Below are positions 62,502-64,000 of a stretch of DNA of 64,000 bases, piece by piece. The stretch spans positions 12,913 to 76,912 of the forward strand of contig CAYWPF010000006.1 in assembly GCA_964460065.1 (NCBI GenBank). Reading direction: 5' to 3'. The first letter of the stretch is position 1. Each line of letters begins with the position of its first letter. The translations under genes and the position numbers were made by a program. This DNA comes from an uncultured Enterobacteriaceae bacterium (GTDB taxonomy: Bacteria; Desulfobacterota; Binatia; Bin18). The notes beneath the pieces are model-generated. The model saw only the letters and a program-made list of their open reading frames with translations. It made no database searches and was not told the DNA's origin.

Positions 62502-63584
62502 TTAATATTTCTCCATCACTTGTTGAGCGAAATCCGTCATTTGCCGAACGGGATCATCGTCCATGACCTGAAAGGCGAAGTGAGACAAGCCCGCCTGTTC
62601 CATCTCGCGAATTCGCGCAATAATCTCATCAGGTTGGCCGATCAGGGCCACCGCATCTGCCAACTCGGGTACAGCAAACTCTTTTTCATCGTCACGCGCA
62701 TAAATTATATGGCCTTCGTGAAGCGTCAGGTGGCGCGTCTCCGGCGGCAGTCCAGCGGCATATTTCTTGTACCGCTCTACCCATTCAGCAACTGCCGGGA
62801 TCTCTGGCAACAGGTCTGTCCCCCATTCTACTTGCACATGCAGAAAATTCATAATGAAAGGCGCTATCAGGCTCATAATACGTGGACTCGCGGCGGTTTC
62901 CCCGGGTGTTAAAATCGCCGTCGGAAAAAAGCATTTCGAAGGCACGTCCTTCCCGGTTTTGCCTCGCTTTAAGGCGGCATCGTCAATAATCTTTCGAGCC
63001 GTCCGTATTCCGTCAGAGTCCAACCCCCACGTTATATGACCGTCGGATTCCGCCCCACAATATGCGAGCGTTTTCGGCCCGAGCGCAGAGATACTCACGG
63101 TTATGTGGTCTTTGACATTAATGTAGTGTCGATGGGGATGCAGAAATCTGACCAAATGCTCTTCCCCTTCTTCAGTGAGGTTTCCGCTCTCTCCTGCCAA
63201 TAAGGCCTGAATTAAACGCACCTCTCGCTTCATGCGAGACAAAGTAATAGGCCGTAACCCCATAGTTAACCGGGCCGTATTCCCGGTGCCAACACCTAGT
63301 TCTACCCGACCCGGCGCCAGTTGATTGATGGTAGCTATTGAGTGCGCGATCGTCGGGGCCATGCGAGTCGTTGGTACAGCTACTCCTGTACCGAGTCGTA
63401 TGCGGCTTGTCTTGTGAGCAGCGAGTGCCATGGTCGCATAAACATCCGAGTAGATCATCTGAGAATCATAAAACCATGCTTGCTGGTACCCAAGCCGTTC
63501 AGCTAATTCGATTAATTCAAAGTCGCCAACTCGCGCTGGGAACGTTACTCCAAAATCCATAGCCACTCCTATTAAAAACGCCAC
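62502..63584 (-). CDS. LLM-class flavin/F420-dependent oxidoreductase (360 aa)
   Basis: Luciferase-like monooxygenase family pattern (GVGTGNTARLTMGLRPITL). Confidence 0.78.
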   Translation of the reverse strand: MAFLIGVAMDFGVTFPARVGDFELIELAERLGYQQAWFYDSQMIYSDVYATMALAAHKTSRIRLGTGVAVPTTRMAPTIAHSIATINQLAPGRVELGVGTGNTARLTMGLRPITLSRMKREVRLIQALLAGESGNLTEEGEEHLVRFLHPHRHYINVKDHITVSISALGPKTLAYCGAESDGHITWGLDSDGIRTARKIIDDAALKRGKTGKDVPSKCFFPTAILTPGETAASPRIMSLIAPFIMNFLHVQVEWGTDLLPEIPAVAEWVERYKKYAAGLPPETRHLTLHEGHIIYARDDEKEFAVPELADAVALIGQPDEIIARIREMEQAGLSHFAFQVMDDDPVRQMTDFAQQVMEKY

Positions 63585-63908
63585 AGGTTATTCTTCGATA
63601 GACATACCTCAAAGTAGTGCGAACGTCATCCTCTGCGGAGCTAGAAGCAATTTTGAGGATTGTTGGAAGTCCGTTTGTGGATATACGTGTTATAGAAGTA
63701 GGGGCTTTCGCAAAAACGCAATTCGCCAACTCCTATTGTTCAACCCCGCCAACTTTTCTCCTTTTGTATCACTCCTGAGGCCTCGCGCACCCGGCCATAA
63801 ACAGTAAAATTGCAGCTCGCCAAACCGTTGTTCAGAAAAAGAGCGTCCCGTATATGTGAGCACCACGACCACGGTTCCCTTAAGATAGCAAACTGTTTAG
63901 TTTAGCCT

Positions 63909-64000
63909 ATGGTGAACGTTGACCCACTCGATCACGCTATTGATTGTCATCTCAACGGTCGTTTGAACGAGGCGCTGGCTTCCTATATCAAGGCCCTGGA
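63909..64000 (+). CDS. Hypothetical protein, 5' fragment only (possible TPR-repeat start)
   Basis: An ATG opens a frame that runs off the window. MVNVDPLDHAIDCHLNGRLNEALASYIKAL resembles a TPR helix pair. Confidence 0.3.
   Translation, partial: MVNVDPLDHAIDCHLNGRLNEALASYIKAL

Overview
This is a 64-kb bacterial chromosomal segment of about 55% GC, probably from a Gram-negative organism since an LptE-like lipoprotein is encoded. About 90% of it is coding, and I found no transposase, integrase, CRISPR array or defense genes. Most of the window is conserved housekeeping:

- Purine synthesis: purB-purS-purQ-purL-purF (1-5739), with purN later at 21875.
- A long co-directional minus-strand array: greA, an intrinsic terminator, rimP-nusA-ylxR-infB-DUF503-rbfA-truB-rpsO-pnp-dut-tRNA-Gly(GCC) (10.7-21.2 kb).
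- leuS-lptE; nusB-ribH-ribBA-ribD-nrdR-glyA.
- A fatty-acid synthesis block yceD-rpmF-plsX-fabD-fabG-acpP that notably lacks fabH and fabF.
- Monomeric isocitrate dehydrogenase, Sua5/TsaC, and a putrescine module speA divergent from aguB-aguA.

The less ordinary content sits in two places:

1. A minus-strand operon at 37.6-42.2 kb encoding an SDR, an archaeal-type HMG-CoA-synthase-like protein fused to a DUF35 Zn-ribbon/OB domain, an SCP-x-type thiolase and an acyl-CoA dehydrogenase, preceded by a Ycf48-like BNR-repeat lipoprotein.
2. The 3' end at 58.8-63.6 kb, which holds a decayed duplicate (pseudogene) of a luciferase-like (LLM) oxidoreductase, a stand-alone HisI-like cyclohydrolase, a tandem pair of MaoC dehydratases, DoxX and two LLM (probably F420/flavin-dependent) oxidoreductases.

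Smaller observations are an unexplained 573-bp AC-skewed non-coding tract between greA and purN, an in-frame 15-bp tandem repeat at the nusA 3' end, and a strong intrinsic terminator 4 nt before the rimP start codon.

I could run no database searches; all calls rest on recognising the translated ORFs, reading motifs and scanning the DNA by hand.
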